A DNA stretch of 64,000 bases from positions 124,001-188,000 of the forward strand of contig OZ237770.1 in NCBI GenBank assembly GCA_965178125.1, written 5' to 3'. A program made the position numbers and the translations under genes. The notes under the pieces are model-generated. The model ran no database searches. It was not told the DNA's origin and saw only the letters and a list, made by a program, of their open reading frames with translations. Each line of letters begins with the position of its first letter. Position 1 is the stretch's first letter. Source of the stretch: Bilabrum cf. latius (lineage: Eukaryota). Below are positions 38,545 to 52,000 of the stretch, piece by piece.

Positions 38545-39693
38545 ATGCGATCCACTCTTACGTGTTTAAGCATGTGTGCCCTTCTGCTCGCTGGGGCAGC
38601 CCGTGGGAGGCGCACGAAGCACGAGCAGAAAGTCCTCACCGGCTCTACGCAGAAATCGAGCTTGCGAGCCTCCGTCAAAGCCCAGACTGCCACCGGCACC
38701 GCTCATCTCCAAGATTATCATGTTGGGTCGTGCGATTAGTTGAAGGTGTATGGGCGGCCCATGGCGACAGGCGACGAGCTCCGGCCTGGGCAAAAGCTTA
38801 CGGGGTGGGGTACGTCGTCTCTCGAGGCTGGCGGCTTCAAGCTGACGATGCAAGCCGACTGCAACCTGGTGCTGTACGGGCAGGACAATGAGGCCCTGTG
38901 GAACTCGCAGACCTCCAAAGCGGTCTCGCGTAATACAGGTTGCAGTCTCCTGATCACGGGAGACGAGTGCAGCACTCAGGGCGACCTCGCTATCGTCAGG
39001 GGTGGCGACGGGAGATTCCTGTGGAGGATCCCATCGTCTCAGCTGGAAGGCGGGGTGCAGTCCTTCAAGCTGCTCTCCGAAGGCAAGGCGCATCTGCTGT
39101 CGAAGGACGGCACCCCCGTCTGGGAGACTGCCAAGGGGGAGGGGAAGCGGTTGGACAGGGACGGGCGCACGCTCACCGAGGGCTTTACCTTCGACTCGGC
39201 CTTCCCCAACGGTACTGACTGCAACGCCTATCAGCTGAATCGCCGCCCCACGATGCTCCCCGGTCCACTGACGCTGACGAACAAACTCCCCTACGGAACG
39301 ACGATTGAGTCGGGCGGCGGCGAACTCCGAATCGAATGCTATGAGAAGAGCGATTAGGTTTGTCGGGTAAGGTACAACAGCGGAAAACAAATCTGGTATT
39401 CGTCTGGCGACGGCAAGAAAGGCAGAGACAAGACAGACGTCGCACTCGTCATCACGGGCCCCGAGTGCAGGCGGGTGGGCGACTTCGCCCTGGTGGGCTT
39501 GAAGACGGGGAAATACCTGTGGCACGTTTCCTCGGGAGACCTGGACCCCCCTGCCGATTCGTTGCGGGTGATGGATGAGCAGATGTTTCTGTTTCAGGAG
39601 GGTGGCAAGCAGATCTGGAGGAGCGACGCGCCCGAGGGCTGGATCGCGTCCGACCCCAACGCCAACGATGGAGTCAAGCTCGGGGGTTGGTAA
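38545..39693 (+). CDS. Secreted bulb-type (GNA/B-lectin) domain protein
   Basis: Signal peptide; motifs KLTMQADCNLVLY..ALWNSQT and DGTPVWET. Three ORFs joined by TAG 38737 and 39355. Ends TAA 39691-93. Confidence 0.85.
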
Positions 39694-39907
39694 TGGTAGC
39701 GTAGGCAAAGACGGCAGCAAGGCGAATACTATAACAGTGGGTCCCATGAAATGAATCATGTGCCCTCGTCGTGGGGGTGCATGTTTCCTTTCCTGCAGCA
39801 AGAAGGTGCTGGTATCGCACAGACGCTTATCATCTCATGTGACGTCAACAACGAATCAGACTCTGCCTCAGAATTACCAGTTCAAGGTGCGGTACGGGGA
39901 TCACCAA

Positions 39908-42280
39908 TCAGCCCAGCAGCCCCCTCTTCTATGACTCGGACAGCCTTTGGACACGATACGGCCAGCCGCCTTCGTCCCTATGAGGTCTTCCATCCTGGCC
40001 TTCCGTCGGGATGGCTTCGCCGGAGCCCGTCACAATAGTCATAATTCCCCCACCAAAACTGCTGCCGGTTCGGCAGTGTCTGCTAGAGGAATGGCTGGTT
40101 GCTGCCCGGCGACCGACCTGATTACCAGAGGCTCGAGCTCCGCTCGCAATCGACCTACCAGGGCCAGTACCTGCAGAGGCGGCTAAAGTCGAAGCTGCGC
40201 CATCCTATGACAATCTCACGCTGGATGCAGCTTTCTCTCGTTCACCCGATCCATTGCTAGCCCGATGTTCACTGACCGCAGGGTCATCATCACCTGCCGC
40301 GCCGCCACCTGCCAAGGTACCAGACGCACCCGCGTAGGCAGCCGTCCATCGCTACGACGCTTCTCCGCCTGTATCACTACTCGTCACACCCTTAGAGAGG
40401 ATCGCGGCATCGATCAGGAGGGGATCGGAAGGCGCCGAGGTGCCCCCGGGGCACACTGCCTGCAGGGTTACAGCGTACGACATCCCCGGTTCGATACCCG
40501 GTATACGGGCCCAAGAAGATTCTCCGGGCCATCGCAGGGACCGTGACGGACCGACTCGGAATCGTTTTGCGATGGTGCGGGGCAGTCGGATGGTGGCGCT
40601 TGTTGCATCATCTCTCTAGGGCGATCCTGGCTGCGTGCCGACAGCCCTTGTAGCACCCCTGGCGCCGGTTGCAACCACTTGTTCCCTCGGTCTCATGTAG
40701 GCATATTTGAGGCGAGGCTCCACTGGCAGTACCATGGCCCACCGGAGGATCCAGCCGTCAGGGGGCAATCCACCGGTGGATCGGTACCTTGGCCCCCGAG
40801 GGGCGCGCCACACGACGCTGGCGAATCGCTGTGCAGATGCAGGGGCAGGTGCAGGTGCAGGGGTTGGAGATGAGGTTCCGCTATGGGCCTGCTACGCGCG
40901 GCGCCCCTGCACGCTGCCAGGGGTGTGAGCGCCAGCATCGCCACCGCCAGCATCGCCACCGCCAGCATCGCCACCGCCAGTACTGCCACTGCCAGTACTG
41001 CCATTGCCAGTACTGCCACTGCCAGCGTTGGATCGCCCACCACCCGGTTCTCGATCATGCTCATGCTCACGCCTATGCTCCTGCTCCTGCTCCTGCTCAC
41101 GCCCATGCTCCTGCTCCTGCTCACGCCCATGCTCATGCTCCTGCTCCTGCTCACGCCCATGCTCATGCTCCTGCTCATGCTCATGATCATGCTCATGCTC
41201 ATGCTCATGCTCATGCTCAAGCTCCTGCTCCTGCTCGTGCTCAGTGTCATATTCAAACCCCAGAAACCCCTGGAGGCTCGGCGGATCTGGTTTGTCAGGC
41301 ACCAAAGCGCACGCAACAATCGACGAGGTGCGGCTCCAGGGGCCCCAGCCGGCTCCATTCCGGAGGCGCGCTTGTGCCACCACAGCAGTGCCAGCCCACA
41401 GCCCGCCGTCCAGGGGGGCAGTGGACGGGTGGCCATCAGCTCCGCTGCCCCGACCTGTGGAGCCTCGAGAGTGGCGTGGCGGGCGCCGCGCGATTCCGAA
41501 ACGGAACACCGTGACCGCTGCTTCGGGGGCTGCTTCCAGACCAGTGGAGTGGGTTGCTTCCACCGGTGCTGTGGCGGCGCCGAGCATGTCATCATCGGCA
41601 ACATCCACACTGCCAGCTTGTTCCGTGCTGTGCCTTATTTTTCCAGATATCTTTCCCTGTTCTTCAGAGAATGCTCCTGCCCGGAGCAGCCGTACCCCGA
41701 TTTCCTGCAGGGGCAGACTGCCCTACTTGGCCTGCTGCCCCTCAACCACTCCACTGGGGCGTGTGCCTGCTCCCTTACAGGGCTCAACCTGTGGTAATAT
41801 ATCAATGGATACGATCAGTGATGCGGTGCCTGGTGCGGCGTGGACTTGCATCCGCAGCCCATCGGCCGATGGTGGCACGAGCCGTCCGGCACACTTGCCA
41901 CGAGTATTGAGCAGGCGCACGATTCTAGTTGAAGCTGCGCAGTCTAGTGGTGTCAACTGATGCTCTGGCGTGCATGCATCAGCTCTCGCGCCTGCATCTA
42001 AGAGCGCAATAAGGGCTAGTTCATGTCCTTGCTGTGCTGCAAGCAGAAGCGGTGTGCATCCTGCATCATTCTAAGCCTCAACGCGCGCACCATGTTTTAA
42101 CAGCATATTGACCATGTCTGTGTGCCCAGCATATGCAGCGATGTGCAACGGCTGCTGCCCGCCACCAGATGGTGATCGATCCGTTGCGTTTGCGAGTGCT
42201 TGATTCTAGTCCAACAAGCGCCGGACTTCATCGATACTGCCACGCCAAACAGGCAAAAATATATCTGTGTCGATATCCAT
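39908..42280 (-). CDS. Ankyrin-repeat, His/Glu/Gln-rich repeat and fibronectin type III domain protein (~790 aa)
   Basis: Ankyrin region GSIDEVRRLLD-TAG-N..QPLHIAAYAGHTDMVNMLLKHGARVEA-TAG-NDAGCTPLLLAAQQGH..LTPLDCA. FN3-like region VVWRAP..GGLPPDGWILRW..IPGIEPGMSYAVTLQAVCPGGTSAPSDP. Eight TAGs (42206, 42071, 41723, 40892, 40616, 40352, 40205, 39929). Ends TGA. Start is the first ATG after an in-frame TAA; an upstream exon is possible. Confidence 0.8.
40931..41240. repeat. Coding tandem repeats: 15-bp units (GCCAGCATCGCCACC x3, GCCAGTACTGCCACT-like x3) followed by an (ATGCTC/CTGCTC)n tract encoding (HE/QE)n
   Basis: Seen directly; lies within the ankyrin-FN3 gene. Confidence 0.9.
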
Positions 42281-42433
42281 ACCCACCTGCGATTAAACTC
42301 TCTGTGGCGTGTAGATGGCAACGATAGAGGGTCTGATGAAGTTCTCGAACGTTCGCTATCCACCCAATTTATCCTGGAGGGAAGTCCAGGCCACGGGCAA
42401 AACAATAACCGATGTGCATGCATATCATACGCG

Positions 42434-45364
42434 TCACTCATGCATTCCTGGTAGCAGGTGCCACGAGTGGACTCGCCGGACGGAATCACTGGCGACCTTC
42501 CAGTCGCTGTCACTACCAGGGGCTCCGCCATCCCCTGCTCCCAAGGCGAAGGAGAGCAGCACTCCGTGCACGCGGCGCACTTTGCAAGCCACGTGCACCT
42601 GTTCCAACCCTTGCAATTGCCACAGCTCTTGCATAAGCTACTCTGCTGCATTCGGCGTTTTGCCCTGGTTCTCATCGGGCTAGAGCAGTTGCCCCGAGAA
42701 AGCGAGCACGGGGGCGAGTGCGTCCAGCCCCGGCATGCCTCTCGAGTCATCATCCTTGCACGCACACTCTGCGTACGATTCGCAGCTGCACAATGTATAG
42801 CTACCACCGTCACATTCTCGACTATCATCTGCTACGTCACCTGCCTCGGCTGCGGCTCGCTGCCTCTAGGCGCCACGCGGCATGTCCTGCAACACCATGC
42901 GAATTGCACCAGCGATCGTGATATGCATGCCGCGTTCCGTGTTGACAGGGTCAGGATCGATGGTACCGGACGCTGTGATACCTGCAGCAGGCGAGTCGGT
43001 AGTAGCGGCAGCACCGCCATTCTAGACACCGGCATCGTCCCTTGCATAGATCTAGTCTAGCTACAGTCCACTTGTCATTTGCTCCATTTCTCTGAGATGG
43101 CCATCATACGGATCAAATGTGTGCTCTGACCCGCCGAGACCCTCTATCACCCACCCATCGCCTGCATCTACATTTCCTTCTGCCAGACAATTTGCGCCCT
43201 CAGGCTCGCTGGCTTCAATCTCCACATCTCGCAGGGGGTCTGAATGACTTTTATGAGAGATGATGTCCTGGCTCTCAATGGAATCATACAGCCCTCCTCC
43301 AAGAGCAGCGTCTGCGATGCATTCCCATCCCTCTTCATGGGCAGATGTTGACCTATTACTACTAGTACTAGAAGGGGGGCGGTTGAAGCCGCGATCCTTC
43401 TTAGTATTTCTGTTTGATGCTGCGTCGTTGTTACTTTGGCTGCCAGTCCAAGTGACATTTTCAGCCCTGCCATGGGCTGGTGCGTCACCAAAGGATGGTA
43501 GCACGACTTGCCGCACATGCATGACCCCCTTGACCGCATTGGGGGGTCTAGTGGACTATGGCTATGAGCAGGTACCTGCTTTGGCAAAAGCACCAGCAGT
43601 GCCGTATGCGCGGGCTGGTGCCCCACTGCAATCCATGTCATAGAGGAATCTCTGCGCAGCACCCAAAAGACTTCTCTGCAGTCGAGATGGTGGCGCCGCG
43701 CATTCGAACGGAACCTATGCCCGTGGCCCGCTCGAGAGTAGAGCGATCAGGTTCTGCCCATCACTCTGTTCACCGTCACTGGCAACTGTCGGCAGCACCA
43801 CTTCGATCACAGCGCCAAGTAGAACGTCTGCCTCCGCGATGTCTCCTTTGGCTGCACACCTTAGCACGTCCTGCAGCGTAATGGTAGCATTGGCATCGTG
43901 CTGTGTGTCTTCTACTGCCAGTGCTGATGTTGCTGGTGTTGCTGATGTTGCTGATGTTGTTGATGATGCTGATGGTAACGTGGCTCTGGTCGAGTCCAGT
44001 GGCTAGTTGCCTGCCAACTTGAGCTAGGGCGGGCGATGTCTGTGCACCCAGCCGGTTGCAACCTCAGGCAAACCGAGTCGTTGAGGCTTATGTGTTCCCT
44101 GGTGCATGTGCTCCCGCGGCTGCCTCCACCATCCCGGGCCCAGCAGCAGCGGAGTCGGCCACCGGACTGGCACGCTGCAGGCGAATGCCTGGGATACCTC
44201 TCTCGCCTTTTCTGCCATCCTTTGGATGGGTGCTTCGGCCAGGACATGGTCGCTGCTATCCCTGGGTCGCATGACCCTTGAGCGACTGGCGACCGTGAGT
44301 GTGCCGCCACCATTGCCTGGCTTCTTGCAGGACAATTCAAACGATCTGCTGTTGCGTCTCCTGCTAGTGCTAGTGCTAAGGTTGTTCGCAAGTGCTGCAA
44401 GCTCGAGTGCCTCAAGGGCCGCATTAAATTCGCGACGAGTAGGGTTGCTTGAGAACCGCATGCCTCGATCGTTTGCAGCTTTCCCTGCACCGGAAGCACT
44501 TGCTCCCATGGACGGGCGAGCACGAGCGCTCGCTTCAATCGTGGCAAGTTGCCAGGACTCTTCTGGATCCTCGATCGAAACCACAAGCGGCATATCGCCA
44601 CGGTCTTTCATTACCTTGAAAGATTCTGTCGAAGATGGACATTCGGGTGATAGATGTATGTCTTCGGGCCTGGCGCGATCGCTGAACACCCAAACGGACT
44701 GCACACCAGATTCAGCGTGGAGCAGGGACCGAGCGCGCGTGACTCCAGCGGACTGTGGTGATGCCTGCGCCTCAATCGCTAGTAACGGCGCGGTAGATAA
44801 CATCGTACCAAGGTTACTGGATGCATCCGATGGAATCTGGCGCAGCGATTGCCCCGGCGCTTGCCTGTGCTCGCGTCCCTGTTGCATTCCCCCGTTTGCA
44901 GCCGAAGAGTTTTTGGTGGCCCGTACCCAAGCGTGGAGCCTCGCAGCAGCAACTGCAGCTGTTGGATCATCGTATAGTAGTGTAGCAATCATAGCTTCGC
45001 GAATCTTGTGGCGTCGTGCCGACGGCCGGGCAGTCTTTCGCTTTCCAAGCACGTCCGCTCGCCATTTACCCTTGCCGACCTCACATGCGACCTCTGTTAT
45101 ATTGTCGCTGCAGAGTAGGCTATCCAGTGAAACGGCTTTCAATATTCTGTGCACCAGTGTTTCTCCGTGCGCAGTTTGCCTCGATACTCTCGAGTTCGAA
45201 GCTTGCAGCCAAACGTCAGCTAGAACTCCATTATTACCCACTGAGCTTCTACGGATTGAGCCTGTACACAGAGAAGATGCGTCAAGATCGAGTGTACGGG
45301 CAATCATCGCTACTTGAATCGCGTTAAGGCTCGCCGACACCGCATTGCGCAAATAATTTCTCAC
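42434..45364 (-). CDS. Large hypothetical protein (~975 aa)
   Basis: ORFs 44024-45364, 43061-43522 and 42434-42634 share one frame. The intervening stretches contain about 11 TAGs and no TAA/TGA. Ends TGA. Start unresolved. Confidence 0.65.
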
Positions 45365-45577
45365 GAACCAAACTGCGCATTCAACTGAACCGTGAGTCTA
45401 GGATAGACTTAATAATGATTACTATATTGTGCTATCATGCCGCAACGCTTGCGGCTGTCAGTCGAGGTTATGAGCCCGTCAAAGCGACCAACCCGGAAGA
45501 AGTCAGGCAGACAGCGCTCCGTGTATGGATTCGTTTATTTCATGCGTTGGATAAGAAGTATGCTTCACCTATCCATA

Positions 45578-47185
45578 TCACCCGCGGTACATGAGGTTCA
45601 TGCGGTTGAGCGCCACCGTCCTGACGAACCTGCTCCTCGCCATGGTCCTGTGCGGCAGGAAGGGCCTCTTCTCTTCCTCCTGCGGCTGCTGCTGACTGCC
45701 CGCGTCTGCCCCGCGGCGGACCCGCGCAGACCGGAGCAATCGCTCGGGCTCCGGATCCGGCAGGTGGGGATAGAAGGCGCCCACTGGCGCCCCTTTGCTC
45801 TTGCCGCCCACCTGCCCGCACCACGCCGGCCTGCCACCGTCCTTCCCCTCTTGCTCCCCGCTAGCGGCAGCAGCCCCCGCGCCGCCTCTCCTCCTGGGTG
45901 AAACCCTGGGTGAGTTTCTCGCATCGGCCGCTGCTTTCCTCGCGGCCTCCTCCCCTAGCACGGAGCTGAGCGTCATGCCGGGATAGTGCTCCTGGCCCGT
46001 GGGCCGCTTGTACCCCGTCTTGAAGGGGGCGCGACCTCCGCTCTCTTCCTTCCCGGCGCGGCGCCGCCGTGCGGAACCGGGTCGGGGCCCCGTCCCCTGC
46101 ATGCGCCCCCGTGCCGTTTGCGACCCGCTCTGGGGAGCACCTGCTCCGCCACGAAGCTCCCTGATCGCAGACTCCGTCAGCGCAGGGTACCTCCCGTACT
46201 CTAAGGGTTTCTTAGAGACGAGTGTGACGAATGGAGGCGGTTTATCTTCGGCGTTTCCGCCCTTCACCGCGTCTCGCATCCGCCTCGCTCTGGCTCTCCT
46301 GGCATTGGCCTCCTCCTGCAGACGCTCCTTTGCAGCGAGGAACAGGGGCCCGCCCACGGTGCCGTCCAGACGGGGCTCCTGCAGCGTCGGTACAGGTCTC
46401 ATTTCCTTGTAGGCTGCGGCGGATGAGGGCCGGAAAGTGCCTCTCGATCGGAGCGCCTCAGACAGCCGAACCTTCTCTTTCTGCTCCTTGTGAAGCTTCC
46501 TGGCGACCTCGTACCTGTCCAAAAACGGGTCATCAAGGTGCTTTGTAACTCCGATCGGGTCTTGTTCCATGGCCCGTACCTTGGTTGAGGTTTTCATCTG
46601 CGAGCCGTAGTGCCTGCTCCCTTTCTGCAATCGCTCCACGCCGTGCTCATCGAACGGGTCGCCAACTCCTACGGACGGCGGCTCGCTGTCCACTGGTGCA
46701 ACAGCGGCAGCTTGCATGGATTCTAGCAAAAGCTTGCGCCTCTGCTCCTCGGCCCACTGAGTTTTGTCCTTTGGTCGGACGAGCTGGTCGAAGCGATCGG
46801 CAGATCCGAACGCGACGCCTTTCGTGCTGAGCTTCTCGCCTTTCTTTCGCTCGGGGGCTGCTCGTTTTGCAGACCAAGTCTCGCGGCTGCCGTCATCTGT
46901 AGAAACTGTGCAGTCCCAGGAGTCCCGGTCTGCACCCAACGTCATCTTGAACTTTTGCTTTCGCTCGTTCTGCATCGGATACGTCGGCGGGCAGAAGAAC
47001 GTGCCTCGAATGATATCACGATGACGAGAGAAATTACCGGTCATCAATGCAAACTCCGGCTTGCCTTCCTTGGTCTTCCCGACTTGGAATTTCGCTTGAG
47101 CCTGGGAGTTTGGCAGCTGAGTGATCGTGATTGCGTTGTCCGACGGACCTCCCCTCCACTTTCCCATCAACGTCTTGAATGACAT
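45578..47185 (-). CDS. Hypothetical basic protein (535 aa)
   Basis: Uninterrupted ATG-to-TGA ORF with protein-like composition; family not recognised. Confidence 0.7.
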   Translation of the reverse strand: MSFKTLMGKWRGGPSDNAITITQLPNSQAQAKFQVGKTKEGKPEFALMTGNFSRHRDIIRGTFFCPPTYPMQNERKQKFKMTLGADRDSWDCTVSTDDGSRETWSAKRAAPERKKGEKLSTKGVAFGSADRFDQLVRPKDKTQWAEEQRRKLLLESMQAAAVAPVDSEPPSVGVGDPFDEHGVERLQKGSRHYGSQMKTSTKVRAMEQDPIGVTKHLDDPFLDRYEVARKLHKEQKEKVRLSEALRSRGTFRPSSAAAYKEMRPVPTLQEPRLDGTVGGPLFLAAKERLQEEANARRARARRMRDAVKGGNAEDKPPPFVTLVSKKPLEYGRYPALTESAIRELRGGAGAPQSGSQTARGRMQGTGPRPGSARRRRAGKEESGGRAPFKTGYKRPTGQEHYPGMTLSSVLGEEAARKAAADARNSPRVSPRRRGGAGAAAASGEQEGKDGGRPAWCGQVGGKSKGAPVGAFYPHLPDPEPERLLRSARVRRGADAGSQQQPQEEEKRPFLPHRTMARSRFVRTVALNRMNLMYRG

Positions 47186-47444
47186 GGTGGCCCAAGACGT
47201 GAACTATGCAGTATTCTTTGGAGTATGGGCTGCTCTGCGCAAAAACTACCGGATTCCGACTGTCCGTTCACCACCGCGCAATTCAGGTTCCGCTGCGAGA
47301 TGGTCGCAAAAACACCAACGAAAATTCAACAGCAAATAGAATCATATTAATCCAATCCTGGTCAGCGGGCCACACTAAGCATGATTCTCGACGATCGCCA
47401 CCCCTGCTTACGTCAACCCGGATCTGATCGCGATGCCATGCAAA

Positions 47445-49005
47445 TCACCGCCCCGCTCCGCCGGCCGCAGCCCCTTTCCCGGAAGCCGCCCGCGGATCCG
47501 CCTCGCCCCCCTCTGGCATGTTCTCCAGATGCTCCGCCTTGGTCGCAAGCCTCCGGTCGAAGGGCACGCCGATCTTGACGGCAATGTCTTCCAGATCCTG
47601 GACCACCTTGAGGGTCAGCGGCACGCCTGCCTTCCCACGGATGCCCTCGAATTCCCGCTCCGGATCCCCGGGGATCAGCACGGGCTTGGACGCGTCCACC
47701 GGCTTGGTCTCGCGGAACCGCCTGACCCACTTGTCCATTTCGGCTCCGAATTCCTCCTTGGGCCGGAACCGGCTCACGTCGAAGGCCATGAAGAAATGGC
47801 CGATGCCCTTGCCCCTCTCCTCCTTGGTCAAGCCGTCGTTCACGCCGTCCCTGAGCGCGAACGGGGGCGCGTAGGGTCCCCAGTTGGCACCTGACAGCAC
47901 GGCCGTCATGATGTCCACCCAGCTGCTGAGGCAGTAGCCCTTGTGCGCCCCGCGGGTCCGATCGGAGCCGAGCATGAGAAGGGCCCCACCGTCCTTCATC
48001 TCCGCCGGGTCATTTGTTCCCTGGCCCTTCTTGTCGATGCACCACCCGTCGGGGACGGGCTTGTTGAGTCGGTGGTTGATCTCGACCTTGCCGTACGCCA
48101 CGCATGACGTGGCCATGTCCATTACGTACGACGGTTCGTCCTTGCACGGCACAGACACGGCGATCGGGTTGGTGCCCAGCATCCGCTCCGCGCCGAAGCA
48201 CGGCGCTACCAGCTTGGTCGTGTTGGTCATGCTCACTCCGATCATGCCCTGCTTGCTGGCCTCAATCGAGTACCACCCGGCAATGCCGTAGTGGTTGGTG
48301 TTGCAGACGGTGACTGCGGCCACGCCGTGTGCCTTGGCCAGCTGAATGGCGATGTCATTCGCCTCTGGGCCAACGATCAGGCCCAGCCCGTTGCCGCCAT
48401 CCACGACGCAGGCCCCACCGTGGCCTCTCACGACCCGCACCTTGGGGTCCGCCTCGATGGCGCCGGCTTCTAGGAGCTCGAAGTACGCGTGGAGGCGAGC
48501 CACACCGTGCGAATCGATGCCGCGCAGGTCTGCGGCGGCAAGCACATCGGCTGCTCGGGCGGCGCGTTTCTCCTGCTCGGATCGGAACGAAGAAATCGGC
48601 ACGTGGTAAGGTGTGGATCAAATATACACGGACTTTGTACGAATCATATAGTGTTTAGTTGCACAATCAATGTAAGTGCACTATTTCGCGGAGGAACGGC
48701 CTGCAGAAAGCGATTAGTCTACTGGAAACGTGTCTCACCGATGCGCCAAAGTGCTCAAACACTTTCTATGTGAACTCCCGCAGATACCCCGCTTTGAATG
48801 TGTACAGGGGCGGCGTCTTGTACTCAGATTTCTTATTGGGGGTGGCTTTGTCCTCGACCACAGCATCGTTCGACGCATCTTTGGCAGATCTACGCCCAAT
48901 CAAGAAGCCTCCAATGGCTGCACCGGCAACTGCTGCTCCTGCAATCGCGGCAGTCTTCCATGGAAATCTACTGAGATCAAATGTCTGCTGCTTGGACTGG
49001 CTCAT
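47445..49005 (-). CDS. Ldh_2-family (type 2 malate/L-lactate dehydrogenase) oxidoreductase with N-terminal hydrophobic anchor; intron 48738-48573
   Basis: Exon 1 MSQSKQ..AAIAGAAVAGAAIGGFLIG..YLREFT-TAG-KVFEHFGAS; exon 2 EKRAARAADVLAAADLRGIDSHG, NTNHYGIAG, LGTNPIA, DMATS, HKGYCL and VLIPGDPE. Ends TGA. Confidence 0.9.
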
Positions 49006-52000
49006 ATCCAGACAGGTTGATGTATGAGCAGGAGAGGTCCGCGTCACACGCTCGGGCGAGCAGCGGAACCTAGGCAGCCGCAAGAAAGCGCGCGGCGCCA
49101 CTGGCAATTACTTCATGAATTTAATGTAGAACGGTGCTGCCCTTGATGCATTGAAAGCATTCATCCCGGAACGTTTGATAGCGGGATGCAGACCGCAAGC
49201 GCACGGGGACAAGGATCAGCAATGTGGTACTTGTCTGGAACAGGGCAGCTGTCAGGGCTCGCACTTAAATCGTACGGTTAGTCAGTCATCATGCTCACGG
49301 TTAGCCTTGGACGCCGAATGATGTGGAATATGCGTAGTACCAGCATGGGACCAGGAATGGTGACGTATATTCGAACTTCAGACTTTCCACTCATAAGGTT
49401 GAGCGTCAACGCCGTAAAAGAATTGAAGTCTCAAGTTCGTGCGTCACTGTTGCGCTCTTTCCAGCGGATATCGCTACTACGCGGTGCAGGTTCGATTCTA
49501 TTCTGGCGAGGTCTAGCGTCGGTGCCTCAATCATTATTCGCTTGCTCACTCTTGACCTGCCTTCAGCCAGGTACCAGCACCAGGTTCCGTGAGTTAAATT
49601 CCACTCAGCAGGCAATGCATGTCGTTCCGTCAGGGGGCTCATTACCGGAATCTCGGGCGAGCAGGCAGCATAAACGGACTGCCCTTTACCGGCTCTTCAT
49701 TACTCCTGGCATCATTAAAACATGCTATAATTAATCGTAGCTGAATATTAATGAGCTTGATCTCATTTTATGGGTGTTAATATCTCGTTTGACTTTGTAA
49801 ATTTACGGTAAGGCGAGGCTAACTTTTGGTGCTGCTTCGTAGCCAAGCCTTGGTCACCTTCAACGTCTCAATTGAGCTCATTTCGATAATTCAAGCAGCT
49901 TTATGGGTTAATATTCATAGATTCTGGCTTGTCGTGGTATCCGTCAACCCATTGATATTCCATAAGTACCGTATTTCCTGAGCAGGCAAGGCTGGACAAG
50001 AGTTGCAAAACCTCGCTATAGCAAGGCCACATGTCCTGGGCGAATTGAACCTTATGGAATCAATTTTCATTAAGTGCTTATTAGTCTTGCGGGGTATGAG
50101 CATATGCAGCATAATTTTTCTGGCAGTGGCACCCTGGTAAGCTATCGACCAGTGGTTCGCTTGTTGCGTCAGCCTCCGGGCTTATTTGAAGCATAACGGC
50201 TGAATCAAAGCCTGCAACACATATAATACGCATATTGGTGTAAGCATGCAGTGGGTGCGGTCAGGAGATGTCAAGCAAGGTTGCCACGGACTTGGCGGAG
50301 GGTTGAGCAGTTGTGGAAGGTAATTGGAGCATGGCAAGCCCCACGACCCACAGCCCTGTGTATGCCCCGGTAGCGTAACCACAATCTCTTTGACATATTT
50401 ACTGTCATTTGAGCATGACTGTCTTTGCGGCTTTGGTGTATGAGGCTGCACGGCAGGGGCTCGGCAACTGCGGGCTCAGACAGCTACTGCTCATGACACC
50501 ACCACTGTTCAGACCAAAAGGCAAGGCTGTGGATCGCGTGGCTAGCAGAGGAGCGCTGATGACATTTAATGGTGTTCAGTGTTGAGAGCACCGGTCCAAA
50601 TCTCAGTATAGCATAGTAGGCCCAACCACACGGAAGAGCTGTGACACGTCGCGGGGGGCACCTTGGGGGTCAGGTCTATGCAGCAGATATAGTACGGTTC
50701 TGATACTCCCGCCTTACCAGATGGTTGAAGCCATAGTATTGCTGAATTAGAGGGGTTGTCATCTGTTAATCGTCCCATGAAATGGTCGTGCAACCCTGAG
50801 AAGGAGGCGGACGTGCCAAGCCTGCTAGCAACTGCGCGGGGGGCTGCAAGCTCTCAATTAGCAATAAACGGGCTAAAGGAGCTACTTGCAGTGTTGAATA
50901 GTAGCAGAGGATGTCTGTGGGGCCTGCTAGGTGTTGTAAGTTAATATGGGCCGTGGTGGCAGCTGGGACGCAGATGTATGCAGCCTGGGGTTGCAGCAAA
51001 CTAGGGCCCTCATGTAGAGTCGGAGGCAACTAGAACATGCACTGTGCAACCGCAGCAGTTCAACAAGGTCCTTTGTATTAGATCAATGCTACGGAAATTC
51101 ATCTTAGGTCTCATGTAAAGGATGTATGCACACTATCTTTGGACAGTGCAAGTTGCTTGCCAGTCACGCTGCATCAGACGAATAACTGGATCCACATGCC
51201 CATAAAGCTCATCGTTAACACTTCATATATAATTATCACAAAATTGAGAGTATTAACCAGCAGGTATGCCGAACACGCATTGCAGGCAGAAAAAACTACA
51301 ACCAGCCCATGCAGCCCTCTGGCAGAAACCGGGAGGCACCAGGCTCGTCGTTGCGAGCAGCAAGCACGTGTGGACCTACAATGCTCTTTTGTACGGATAA
51401 CATACTGTAGCCGCCTGATGAGGCCAATGGGTGCACAGGAAATAGGATGCAGGTGCCTCGAAAATTGCTCACAGCGGCCCGCCCACGCTCTTCACCAAAC
51501 CCAGGCATCAATAACTGCAATTCGTGCAATTTCAGACCGCCATTAGTATAATTATAAATACATTTAGTGTGAGAGAGAAGATCATGCCGATTCATCGAGG
51601 AATGAAAGCATAAACGCTACCTGAAATATATCCTCCTATGCGACCTGCCGGGGCGAATTTCGTGAATCCCGTGCTCGGTGGCCGACAGCTTGAACTGCAC
51701 CCGCTGTATCTTCGTCAATAAGTACGTTTCAGACTTGAAATTTGCACACAATACTATTAATGAAGTAAATATTATATTAAATGAGTTATTATTCTCTTTA
51801 ATGATTTTCAATGGTTGGAACACGGCCCCTGAAAATAGGCCCAATCGGCGATTTTTATTCCGGTAATGAGCCCCCTGACGGTTCCTTAGTTTGCTGCACC
51901 GAGGGAACTCGGTGCGAATGAACAGATGTATACATGAAAGCATGAAAGGATCGGATTTCGAGACGACGCACCCTCACTTTATATTCTTCTCTCCCGAAGC

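Noticed and set aside
49485-49505. GGTTCGATTC B-box/T-loop-like sequence
   Set aside because: The flanks do not form a T stem or cloverleaf.
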